Origin: Desulfovibrionaceae bacterium
GTDB taxonomy: Bacteria > Desulfobacterota > Desulfovibrionia > Desulfovibrionales > Desulfovibrionaceae
Assembly (NCBI GenBank): GCA_031082225.1
Contig: JAVHLG010000006.1
Location: 16,467 to 80,466, forward strand
DNA: 64,000 nt
Reading direction: 5' to 3'
This document shows, piece by piece, positions 44,721 through 53,277 of this stretch. Numbering within the stretch: the stretch's first letter is position 1; every line of letters begins with the position of its first letter. The notes under the pieces are model-generated. The model was not told the origin of the DNA. It did not search any database and was given only the letters and a program-made list of their open reading frames with translations. The translations under genes were made by a program, and so were the position numbers.

Positions 44721-45209
44721 CTATCTGTTCCATGGAAACAAAGCTGGATTTATTAATTTTTTCTCAATATTCTTGTGATTTCGTATCTGATGAAACCACA
44801 AAGCGACAACATCTCCTTTTAAAATATGGTCATGAATCAGATTGTTGATCCTGCAGTTCGTTTGCTGTCCACCGATATAGCAATTTCTTGGCGATATATT
44901 ACCGTATCCAGTGTTGTATCTTTTAGATAGGTTGACGCATTCACCGATATAGCGATTGTCACCGTTCAAAGTTATAATATATACTCCGCATGTATTTGTT
45001 ATTCCGCTGAGTTTAAATTTGCAAAATGGACCATATCCATATTCATGAAATGCTAGATTTTTCTTGTTGCCATACCTTGGCTGAGGGAAATTATAAAAAT
45101 TTGTAACATTGATATTGCATACATATGAAAATATATATGAAGCCCCGTTTGTATCAAATAGAGTGATCGCTTGGAGATTACGTCCGCACATTTTGGAGTC
45201 TCGCCTCAT
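44721..45209 (-). CDS. GIY-YIG nuclease family protein
   Basis: 162 aa. The sequence GVYIITLNGDNRYIGECVNLSKRYN...N...NNLI follows the GIY...YIG...R...N pattern. The DNA here is strongly AT-rich relative to the flanks. Confidence 0.6.
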   Translation of the reverse strand: MRRDSKMCGRNLQAITLFDTNGASYIFSYVCNINVTNFYNFPQPRYGNKKNLAFHEYGYGPFCKFKLSGITNTCGVYIITLNGDNRYIGECVNLSKRYNTGYGNISPRNCYIGGQQTNCRINNLIHDHILKGDVVALWFHQIRNHKNIEKKLINPALFPWNR

Positions 45210-45262
45210 GCATTGCGTGTCGTGAGAACCCTGGACAGTTTGCTACACTAGCTTTCGCAAGA

Positions 45263-46381
45263 TTATCCGAGCCGCGACAGCTTCTCCCCAACCAGGGAGG
45301 CCGCATACCGGGTCAGACGCCCGAAGTTGCGCACCGGGCGGCGCAGCACGCTGAATTTGTAGTTGATGCTCATCTGGCAGGAGCAGCGGTTGCAGGCCGG
45401 GGGGAATTGTCCGTCCCGGATGGCCTCGCGCACCGGCCGCATCTTCTCCACCAACGCGGACAGGGGCTCCTCCTGCACGTTCCCGGCCGGGGGCAACAGG
45501 GCGCAGGGCAAAACCGACCCGTCGGCGTCCACAAAGAGCTTGGCGGCGATCTCCAGGCAGGAGAAATCCTTCAGGCAGCGCCGCATCCACAGGGACGATT
45601 CGTCCAGACAGTGTTCGAAATACTGGCGCATCCACGGCGCGACATGGGGGATGTTGGTGCGTACCCCGAACTTGCGGGCCAGCCGCGCCAGTTCCCGGAA
45701 ATGCTCCGGCAGATGCGCCACCTGTTCCGGGGTCGGCAGCATGTCGCTTTTGTCGTCGGCCTCCACGTCGTGGTAATTGTTCCAGACATGCAGCGGCTGG
45801 AAATTGATGTAGTCCACGGCGTGTTCTTTGGCGAAGGCGATGACCCCGGGAAGCTCCGCATAGTTCTGGCGGCAGACGGTGGTGTTGATGTTCACCTTCA
45901 GGCCGATGCTTTTCAGGATGCGGATGCCGCCGGTGGTCCGTTTCAAAAACCCCTTGCCGCCACGCAGGAAGTCGTGGGTTTCCGGGCGGCCTGATTCCAG
46001 GGAAATGTCGATCCACTGGGCGTTTTTGAGCAGATCGAGCTGGGCCGGGAGGAAGTTTTCCACCAACAGGCCGTTGGAGACCACGGAAAACCGCAGGCCC
46101 AGGGACAGGATCTTCTCGATGAGCTCCCACACGTCGCGCCGGAAAAACGGCTCCCCCCCGGAGAGGTAGATGTGCGGAACGCCCGCCTGCCGGGCCTCCT
46201 CGAACAGGGAAAAAAGCCGGGCCTGATCGAGTTCCCGCGCCGCGTCAAGCTTGTAGGCCTCGCAGTAGCGGCACCGGGAATTGCACCGGCTGGTGATGTT
46301 CACGAACAAGCAGCCGTAGCCCAGTTCGCCCCGGTTGTACCGCCTGACCTCATCGATCATGCCCAACAGTCTGCGTAGCAT
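45263..46381 (-). CDS. Radical SAM / SPASM-domain protein
   Basis: I trimmed the start to the ATG at 46381 (MLRRLLGMIDEV). The CxxxCxxC cluster is in NITSRCNSRCRYCEAY. The SPASM-like C-terminus is DGSVLPCALLPPAGNV...PPACNRCSCQ. Confidence 0.8.
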   Translation of the reverse strand: MLRRLLGMIDEVRRYNRGELGYGCLFVNITSRCNSRCRYCEAYKLDAARELDQARLFSLFEEARQAGVPHIYLSGGEPFFRRDVWELIEKILSLGLRFSVVSNGLLVENFLPAQLDLLKNAQWIDISLESGRPETHDFLRGGKGFLKRTTGGIRILKSIGLKVNINTTVCRQNYAELPGVIAFAKEHAVDYINFQPLHVWNNYHDVEADDKSDMLPTPEQVAHLPEHFRELARLARKFGVRTNIPHVAPWMRQYFEHCLDESSLWMRRCLKDFSCLEIAAKLFVDADGSVLPCALLPPAGNVQEEPLSALVEKMRPVREAIRDGQFPPACNRCSCQMSINYKFSVLRRPVRNFGRLTRYAASLVGEKLSRLG

Positions 46382-46649
46382 TGAGCGCGCCTTGCGGGTG
46401 TGCCGCTTCGTTGTGGTGAACCGTCCGGACCCGGACGCGACAGGAGGATGCGGCTTTTCCGGGCCCGGGACAGGCCGGACGCCCTGGCCGCCTGGGCCGG
46501 AAATCCCGCGTCCATCCCATGAACAGGGATGCGCCCACGGCGTTTTCCTCACTCTGCGGCAGCCCTTGGTTTGCGGGCGTGAAACTAGCACGGGCCGCAG
46601 GGCGAGACAATGCCCGCCGGATTAAGACGCGCCGCACCGTCCTGCGGCG

Positions 46650-48197
46650 TTACGGCCTGGCCCGACCCCAGGGCAGGACCATACCCAGGCACCAGCGTAT
46701 CTCCGTGTCCCGGGAAAGGACCAGGCTCCCGAGAAAGCCCCCCCCGAAGACCAGGGCCGCGGCCGGAAAGGCCCACAGCCCGGCAAGGCCCAGCCAGGCC
46801 AATCCGAGCTTGGCGGCCAAGGCCAGCCCCACCGCCGCAAGGGTGGCCCCGGCCACCTGGAGAAAGGGCCAGGCGCGCGGCGGTTCGTTAAAGACGCCCA
46901 GGGCGCGCTGGATGATGGCCAGGAAGATCAGGCAGGTCAGGGCCATGGTCACGGTGGTGGACATGGCCACGGCCTCGGGGCCGCCGATGGTCCGGATGAA
47001 CCAGAGGTTGAAGATGGCGTTGAGGAGCATGGTGACCACGCCCACGACCAGAAGCGTCACGTTTTTGCGCAGCGCGGTGAAAAACACCCCGTTGAGCACG
47101 GCGTATGCGGCGAAAAGCATCCCCGTCGCGTACCAGGACAGGGTCAGGGCCGTGGAGGCCACGGCCTGGTCCCCGAAGGCCCCGCGCCGCAGCAGCAAGG
47201 CGACGATCTCCGTGGAAAAAAGCAGGACAAAGGCCGTCATCCCGGCCGAGACCATGCACGAAAAGAGCACCCCGCGCCAGAACACCCGGCGCATGCCCAG
47301 GACGTCGTGCCCCTCGGCCTGTTCGCTCACGTAGGGGAAAATAGCCCGGGCCGCCGCCATCACGAACAGTTGCAGGGGCAGGTCGTTGATGCGGTAGGCG
47401 TAGCGCAGGGCGGACACCGACCCGGACGGCAGTTCCGTGCTCATGACCTGATCGACCAGGATGTTGGAATTGACCACCAGGCCGCCGACCACCAGGGGCC
47501 AGGCCAGGAGAACGAATTCGCGCAAGGCGGGCCTAACCGGCGGGCGCGGCGGCCCCAGGGGAAAACGCGACCCGCGCAGGGCCACGGCCATGACCACCGC
47601 CTTGGCCGCCGTGCCCGCCAGAAATCCCACGGCCAGGGCGTGCACGCCCATGTCCCCGAACGCCGCCAGGGTTCCGATGATGGCCAGGTTGATGCAAAGC
47701 TGGGCCCCGTACAGGGCCAGGAAAGATTTCTCCGCCTGCAGCACCCCGGCCATGACCGCCGCGCCGCCCTCCAGAAAGATGAGCCAGACCAAAAGACGAA
47801 TCAGGGAATCGCCCAGGGCCTTTTCCCCCTCGGGAAACCCGTAGCCGATCACGGCCATGATGGGTGCGGACCACACGGCGCAGACCACGGTCAGGGCCAG
47901 GAAAAAAAGGAGGGCGAGAAGGCCCAGGTTGGCCAGGTTGCGGCGCAGTTCCTCCGGCCCCCGCCCCCGCCAGGTCATGTACAGGGGAACCAGGGCCGAG
48001 ATCACGGCCTGCCCCAGGAGCATGGCCAGAATGGCCGGGAAGGCGTAGGCCACGTTGAACACGTCCAGTTCCCGGGAGATGCCGAAGCGGTAGGCGAACA
48101 GCATCTCCTTGCCCAACGCCAGGATCTTGTCCACAAGCGTCAGGCCCACGATGACGAGCGTGGAGCGGCGGATGCCGTCCATGACCTCCTGGCTCAT
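46650..48197 (-). CDS. MOP-superfamily flippase (MurJ/MviN-like)
   Basis: I trimmed the start to the ATG at 48197 (MSQEVMDGIRRSTLVIV). The sequence GKEMLFAYRFGISRELDVFNVAYAFPAIL is MurJ-like. The protein has about 14 TM helices. Confidence 0.8.
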   Translation of the reverse strand: MSQEVMDGIRRSTLVIVGLTLVDKILALGKEMLFAYRFGISRELDVFNVAYAFPAILAMLLGQAVISALVPLYMTWRGRGPEELRRNLANLGLLALLFFLALTVVCAVWSAPIMAVIGYGFPEGEKALGDSLIRLLVWLIFLEGGAAVMAGVLQAEKSFLALYGAQLCINLAIIGTLAAFGDMGVHALAVGFLAGTAAKAVVMAVALRGSRFPLGPPRPPVRPALREFVLLAWPLVVGGLVVNSNILVDQVMSTELPSGSVSALRYAYRINDLPLQLFVMAAARAIFPYVSEQAEGHDVLGMRRVFWRGVLFSCMVSAGMTAFVLLFSTEIVALLLRRGAFGDQAVASTALTLSWYATGMLFAAYAVLNGVFFTALRKNVTLLVVGVVTMLLNAIFNLWFIRTIGGPEAVAMSTTVTMALTCLIFLAIIQRALGVFNEPPRAWPFLQVAGATLAAVGLALAAKLGLAWLGLAGLWAFPAAALVFGGGFLGSLVLSRDTEIRWCLGMVLPWGRARP

Positions 48198-48309
48198 GGG
48201 CGTCTGCCCCGGGCCATGGGGGCGCCAGACGCCCCTTTGGGCGGCGGCCCTCCCGGGGCAATGCGGTCGGCGGCGGCGGATGCCCGCCGGGCCCAGGCGT
48301 CCGGACGCA

Positions 48310-49671
48310 TCAGACGGCCCCGTCCAGGATGTCGGGATGCTCCAGCAGGCGGCAGGCCAGTCCGGCGAAGGTGAAGGTGGCCACGTTGATGAACGGGCAC
48401 AGGGAGGCCTCGACAAAGACGTTGTTCACCAGGGCCGCCGTGATGCCAAGGGTGAGCAGGATGACCATGTTGGCCCAGGCGTTTCGGTCCACCCGGGGAT
48501 CCCTGGTCAGGGCGTACAGCCTGCGAAAGATGAGGACGAGCAGGGCCAGATAGACGGACATCCCGACGAGGCCCAGTTCCACGGCCATGCCGATGAGGTG
48601 GTTGTGCTGGTTGTCCTGGAAGGTTTCGGGCGAATCGGACACGGAGAAATGGGCCAGCCCCACCCCGAAGACCGGATGCTCACGGATCAGGCGCAACGAT
48701 TTGGCGATAAGCTGAAAACGGATCTCCACCTCCTCCACCTGGGCGATGCCGCCGAGCTCCCGGCTGGAGGAGAACAGCCGCTCGGAGTTGGCCGCGATGC
48801 CGAACAGGCACACCGCCAGGACCAGGGGGGCCAGCTTCCACCTGGGCCATCCGGTGCGCACAAAAAACAGCACCGTCCCAAGCGCCAGCAGGAAGACGAG
48901 ATAGGCCGAGCGGGTGGAGGTGAAAAACACCCCCGGGAAAAAAAGCGGCACAAGGCCCAGGATCAGAAAACGGCCTCCCGGCCCGACCAGGGGCAACAGC
49001 ATCATGCCGGCCGTAAAGCAGATGGTCATGGCCAGCCCGTTGAAGGCCGCATTGAGCAGCGGTCCCCGGGAACGGTCAAGGTGCAGGGGAAATCTTTCGT
49101 CCGTGATGTAGGCGGGATGGACCAGGGAGTTGAGGTCGTAGCGTTCCAGAATGGAAATGAGGCACAGATAGACGCCCAGGGCAAAAAGCACAGCCAACAG
49201 TATCTTGAGGCTTCGGATATCCCCGAAAAAATACTTCGCAAAAAAAAATGCCATAAACGGGACGAAGTATCCGGAAAAAAACACATACCACGGTTTCGGG
49301 GCATAGGCGTACATGGCCGCAAAGCCGTTCAAGGACATGGAGACGACGCAGATCACAAGGAAGATGAACATCACAAGCTCAAGGGTATGATCCCCTGCAA
49401 GCTGAACCCTCTTGGTGAAGAGCTGGTACGCGGCGGAAACGCTGAGCAGAACAAAGAGGAACCGCTCCACGGAGAGGTCGAAGAGTCCAAAAATCTTGTA
49501 CGAGGCGAAATAGGTGTTCCACACCACCACCGAGACGATCCATACGCTGAATAGGATCGGGAAAACCGTATAGTGCGCCGAGGATTTCCGCCTCGCCCAG
49601 GACAGGCGCAGGATGAAAAGCCCTGCCACGACCGCCATGGCCAGGACGGCCAGGGACAGGATCAGTTCCAT
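48310..49671 (-). CDS. O-antigen ligase / Wzy-like polymerase family membrane protein
   Basis: 453 aa and polytopic. A TSTRSAYLVFLL loop region and the NQHNHLIGMAVELGLVG motif are typical of the O-antigen ligase family. Confidence 0.7.
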   Translation of the reverse strand: MELILSLAVLAMAVVAGLFILRLSWARRKSSAHYTVFPILFSVWIVSVVVWNTYFASYKIFGLFDLSVERFLFVLLSVSAAYQLFTKRVQLAGDHTLELVMFIFLVICVVSMSLNGFAAMYAYAPKPWYVFFSGYFVPFMAFFFAKYFFGDIRSLKILLAVLFALGVYLCLISILERYDLNSLVHPAYITDERFPLHLDRSRGPLLNAAFNGLAMTICFTAGMMLLPLVGPGGRFLILGLVPLFFPGVFFTSTRSAYLVFLLALGTVLFFVRTGWPRWKLAPLVLAVCLFGIAANSERLFSSSRELGGIAQVEEVEIRFQLIAKSLRLIREHPVFGVGLAHFSVSDSPETFQDNQHNHLIGMAVELGLVGMSVYLALLVLIFRRLYALTRDPRVDRNAWANMVILLTLGITAALVNNVFVEASLCPFINVATFTFAGLACRLLEHPDILDGAV

Positions 49672-50076
49672 GGCCTGACGCCGAATTTTCGTGATCCGCG
49701 CATCCGAACCTCCACGGCCGCCTGCCTGAAAAATTCGCCATCTTCACACGAAGCGCCGTTGTTTTTGCCCTGCGCACGGCACTGCTGCGTCCAGAACGCA
49801 TCCGCCGACAGTTTCGACAACCAAAACGCTTCAGCCTGTCATCCCATCCGGAACCCGCAGACCGGTTTCGCGGGCGTCAAACCAGCATGGCGTCCCATGA
49901 GCACCATGCCCGTTTACAAAATAGAAACAACCTCGTTGCACAGCACCCGATTCAACATCCAGGGCCTCCGGCTGCGCGGACGCGGGGCGCGTGTCGCACC
50001 CCGCGCCGAGGCCCCTCTCCCGAGGCGTTCATGCGGCCACGGCTCGCATGATCCAGGGGGCGTGTCGCGCATCGGG

Positions 50077-51495
50077 CTAAGGCCCCGTTTGGGAAATGGA
50101 CCCGAGCAGCGGCACGTCGCACCAGCGTTCGATATCCTCCGGGGTCTTGAGGGTGTGGTCGAAGTAGTCCAGGGTGAAGGCCGCCGCCAGTCCCGCCGCG
50201 ATGCCGAGGAAAAGGCCCAGAACGATCAGGCCGATCCGGTTGGGCTTGTACGGGGTCATGGGTTCCACGGCCGGATCGACCAGGGTCACGAGCAGGTCCG
50301 GCCGGGACAGGGCGTTGGCCTGCCTGGCCTGTTCCAGCTTGGCGCTGGCCTCGGCGTAGGCTGCTTTCGCCAGTTCGTAATCGTTGTTGAGAAAGGCGTA
50401 GGTGGAGCGCTGTTGGGCCGTTGCGCGCAGGGACTCCTCCAACTCGGCGATGGCCGCATCCAGTTCCACGATCATGCTGGTGATGCTTTGGGCCTGAATC
50501 CGCTTGCCTTCGATATAACGCCCGGTCTCGTTGCGCAAAAGCCCGACGTTGGCCTCCAGTTCCTGCTTGAGACGCCGCAGGGGTTCGTACTGGGGCGTGA
50601 ACTGGGTCTCCATCTCCTGGATCTGCATGCGCAACTGGGCCACCTTGTACCGGTAGGCGGTGATGGCCTTGCCGCTGCCCTCCATGTCCGGCAGGATGGC
50701 CGGTCCCTGGTCGTCGGCCATGCTGGACTCCAGGTCGGTGATGGTCCTTTCCAGTCCCACATACTCCTCCCGCAGGGCCTGGCGTTTGGACTGGACCGCG
50801 TTGAGCCGGGTCTTGGCCCCGGCTTCGGCGTTGGCCTTGTTGCCTTCGAGATTGAGGATGTCCACAAGCGCCAGGGCGTTTTCGCCCTCGTAGGTCTTGA
50901 GCAGGTCCGCCTTCCCGCGCATGATCGCGTAGAGGCTTTCCACCTGCTCCTTGAAGAAGTCGTAGGAATATTCCGTGCGCTGCTTGGCGATCTCCTCGAA
51001 GACCTCCAGATAGGCCTGGGAAACCTCCTTGACCATGTTGTAGGCCATGCGCGGGTCGCTGTCGTCGTAGCTCAGGATGAAGTCGCTGGTGGCCTCGAAG
51101 GTCTCGCCCTTGGGGGGGCCCACCTCGATGTCCTTGCCCAGCTTGGCGACGATTTTCTGATACTGGGCCTCGGTCTTGCCGGGATACAGGACGGTCGCCG
51201 CGCGCATAAGCACCCGGTTGGAGAGGATGATCTCCTTTTGTCCCGAGAGCACGCGCACGTATTGGTTCTTGGAGTCGGTGTACACGTCCTTTTGCAAGGG
51301 ATCGATCTGCTGGCTCATGGTCACGGAGAACTTGGCCCGGCACAGATACTGGGCAGGCAGAAGCACGGCCAGGGCCAGGGAGAGCAGAAAGATTCCCCCT
51401 GCGATCTTGAGGATCAGCCGTTTGTGGTAAAAAACGATGAAGACGACTTCACGCAGGATGTTGCCTGATTCGCGGCTGGCGTACTTGTCGGTCAT
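50077..51495 (-). CDS. Polysaccharide co-polymerase (Wzz/GumC-type chain-length determinant) without a kinase domain
   Basis: It has an N-terminal TM segment (ILKIAGGIFLLSLALAVLLP), a long coiled-coil periplasmic region and a C-terminal TM segment (IGLIVLGLFLGIAAGLAAAF). Confidence 0.8.
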   Translation of the reverse strand: MTDKYASRESGNILREVVFIVFYHKRLILKIAGGIFLLSLALAVLLPAQYLCRAKFSVTMSQQIDPLQKDVYTDSKNQYVRVLSGQKEIILSNRVLMRAATVLYPGKTEAQYQKIVAKLGKDIEVGPPKGETFEATSDFILSYDDSDPRMAYNMVKEVSQAYLEVFEEIAKQRTEYSYDFFKEQVESLYAIMRGKADLLKTYEGENALALVDILNLEGNKANAEAGAKTRLNAVQSKRQALREEYVGLERTITDLESSMADDQGPAILPDMEGSGKAITAYRYKVAQLRMQIQEMETQFTPQYEPLRRLKQELEANVGLLRNETGRYIEGKRIQAQSITSMIVELDAAIAELEESLRATAQQRSTYAFLNNDYELAKAAYAEASAKLEQARQANALSRPDLLVTLVDPAVEPMTPYKPNRIGLIVLGLFLGIAAGLAAAFTLDYFDHTLKTPEDIERWCDVPLLGSISQTGP

Positions 51496-51512
51496 GGCGG
51501 CGGCCTTTCCTG

Positions 51513-52715
51513 CTAGTTGGTATTGACCCTGAGCGACGGGGTGATGTCGTAGTTGACATTGAACGAACTGGTGAATGGCACCACGGCGTACAGGCCCTTG
51601 GTGAAGATCTTGGCGATCAGATCGTTGACGTTGTCCAGCGTCCCCTTGGGCACATAGACGATGTCTGCGGGCTGCACGTACAGGTCGTCATACATTTTCC
51701 CGGTGTCCAGCAGGCGTTGCAGGTCCACCCGGTAGGCCATGGGCTTGAGCAGGCCGTTGTTGCGAAAGACCAGGACGTCGCGCAGATTGGCGCTGTCCTT
51801 GAAGCCCCCGGCCTGGCCCAGGGCCTGGGCCAGATTGAGGCGTCCCTGGAGTTCGTAGACCCCGGGGGTGTTCACCTCGCCGTAGACGTAGAGCTTGTTG
51901 TTGTGGATCTCCAAAAGGATCAGGGTGACCTGGAGGTCGTCCACGTATTTGGCGTAGCGCTCGTTGATGGCCTTCTCCAACTGGGCCACGGTCAGGCCCG
52001 AGGCGTCGACGTTGCCGATGATGGGGAAGCCCACCCGGCCGTCGGGGGCAATGGGCGCGATCTTGCTCTGGCCCCGGGGGGCGGTGGTGATGGCCTTTTT
52101 GAGCTCGTCGATGCGCACGTTGAACTCCTCCAGGCTCACGGTCAGGGAGGGCTTCTTGATGAAGGCCGCATAGCGCCTGTCCAGATCCGTCGTGACCTCG
52201 CTCATGCTCATGCCGACCACCTTGACCTCGCCGACCAGGGGCAGGGAAATCTTGCCGTCGGCCCGGATCAGGGTGCTGACGTTGAACTGGGGATGGTAGG
52301 GAAAGGCGATGCTGATGCGGTCCTGGATGTCCAGGCGGTAGTCCTTCACGGTGATGTCGTGGCGGATGTGGTAGACCACCTCCAGCACGTCCCCGGGGCC
52401 CATGCGGTAGGTGGGGATATCCGGCACGGCCTCGCCGTCCAGCACCTTGAACGCGGGGTTGTCCCCCACGCTGGCCGGGGTCAGTTCCAGTTGCCTTTGC
52501 TGGTCCAAAACCTCCTGCACCCCGGCCTGGTCCGTGACGGTGACCACCGGATCGGGCGAGTCCGTGTGCGACCTGGCGCACCCCCAGGCAAAGAGGAGAC
52601 TGGCGGCGAGGGCCAGAACCAACGTCCCCGTGGCCATACGGCCGTCAGGGCGTGCGGCGAGGCCTTTGTGTTGCATCATTGAGGTGGCCATACGAATGTC
52701 TCCTGGGGTCGGCAC
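51513..52715 (-). CDS. Polysaccharide export outer-membrane protein (Wza-like)
   Basis: It has a lipobox-like LLFAWGCA. The polysaccharide export motif is YRMGPGDVLEV, and SLBB-like repeats are present (GEVKVVGMS, GNVDASGLTVAQLE, GEVNTPGVY). The start is uncertain, with several in-frame ATGs. Confidence 0.8.
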   Translation of the reverse strand: MPTPGDIRMATSMMQHKGLAARPDGRMATGTLVLALAASLLFAWGCARSHTDSPDPVVTVTDQAGVQEVLDQQRQLELTPASVGDNPAFKVLDGEAVPDIPTYRMGPGDVLEVVYHIRHDITVKDYRLDIQDRISIAFPYHPQFNVSTLIRADGKISLPLVGEVKVVGMSMSEVTTDLDRRYAAFIKKPSLTVSLEEFNVRIDELKKAITTAPRGQSKIAPIAPDGRVGFPIIGNVDASGLTVAQLEKAINERYAKYVDDLQVTLILLEIHNNKLYVYGEVNTPGVYELQGRLNLAQALGQAGGFKDSANLRDVLVFRNNGLLKPMAYRVDLQRLLDTGKMYDDLYVQPADIVYVPKGTLDNVNDLIAKIFTKGLYAVVPFTSSFNVNYDITPSLRVNTN

Positions 52716-53052
52716 TCACGCGAACATGGCCGAAATGTGTTTTGCTTGGCCCGGGCAGGCCGGTGCGGGGAGGGCCGCAGAACCTGCCCCTGGCGGCGAC
52801 GACGCCGCATCCCGATCCTGCCCCCTGCGCCTTCCGACGCTTCCGTATCACTCTGCTGACAGCATCCTGTTTCACTCGGTTAAACAGTGAAAATCCCCGT
52901 TGCCGTGCCCGGACCGCCATTGCTTTGGCGAAGGATGCAGTTTTGCGCTTCAACCCTCTGTTCTCGTTGCAGTCTTCGCCCGCGCCCCGTTTCGAATCGC
53001 GGACGCTGCAGCACGGGGCCGCGAGCCTGGCCGGGAACTCCATACCGCTATT

Positions 53053-53068
53053 GTCAAAAAACGTGCCA
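53053..53068 (-). promoter_or_regulatory. Sigma54-like -24/-12 element
   Basis: The minus strand reads TGGCAC GTTTT TTGAC, compared with the consensus TGGCAC-N5-TTGCW. It lies about 340 nt upstream of the wza-like start. The -12 element is imperfect. Confidence 0.3.
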
Positions 53069-53121
53069 TAAGACAGGCTGTGCAGGATGCGCCAGCCCGG
53101 ACGGCAAAAGGACGGCAAATG

Positions 53122-53277
53122 CAGGGGCCTCGCCAGGGGACAGGGCGCGAAGCAGGTCCGGTCAGTTCGCAAGCGGGAGCAAAACGTCTTTTGGGGTCTC
53201 AGGGGCGTCGCCAGGGGACGGCGAGGGAAACAGCTCCGGCCGGTTCGCGGACGGGAGCGAAACGTCTTTGGGGGATC
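53122..53277. repeat. Two tandem 78-bp repeats immediately 3' of the GT4 gene
   Basis: The copies span 53122-53199 and 53200-53277. Both begin CAGGGGC(C/G)TCGCCAGGGGAC and end GGGAGC(A/G)AAACGTCTTTxGGGG. The second copy overlaps the GT4 stop codon. Confidence 0.75.

Noticed and set aside
45263-46381. The radical SAM gene next to a nuclease as a prokaryotic viperin-like antiviral enzyme.
   Set aside because: The C-terminal half shows SPASM/twitch-type auxiliary-cluster cysteines (PC...GN...CNRCSC) rather than the viperin C-terminal extension. Without a search, this cannot be supported.
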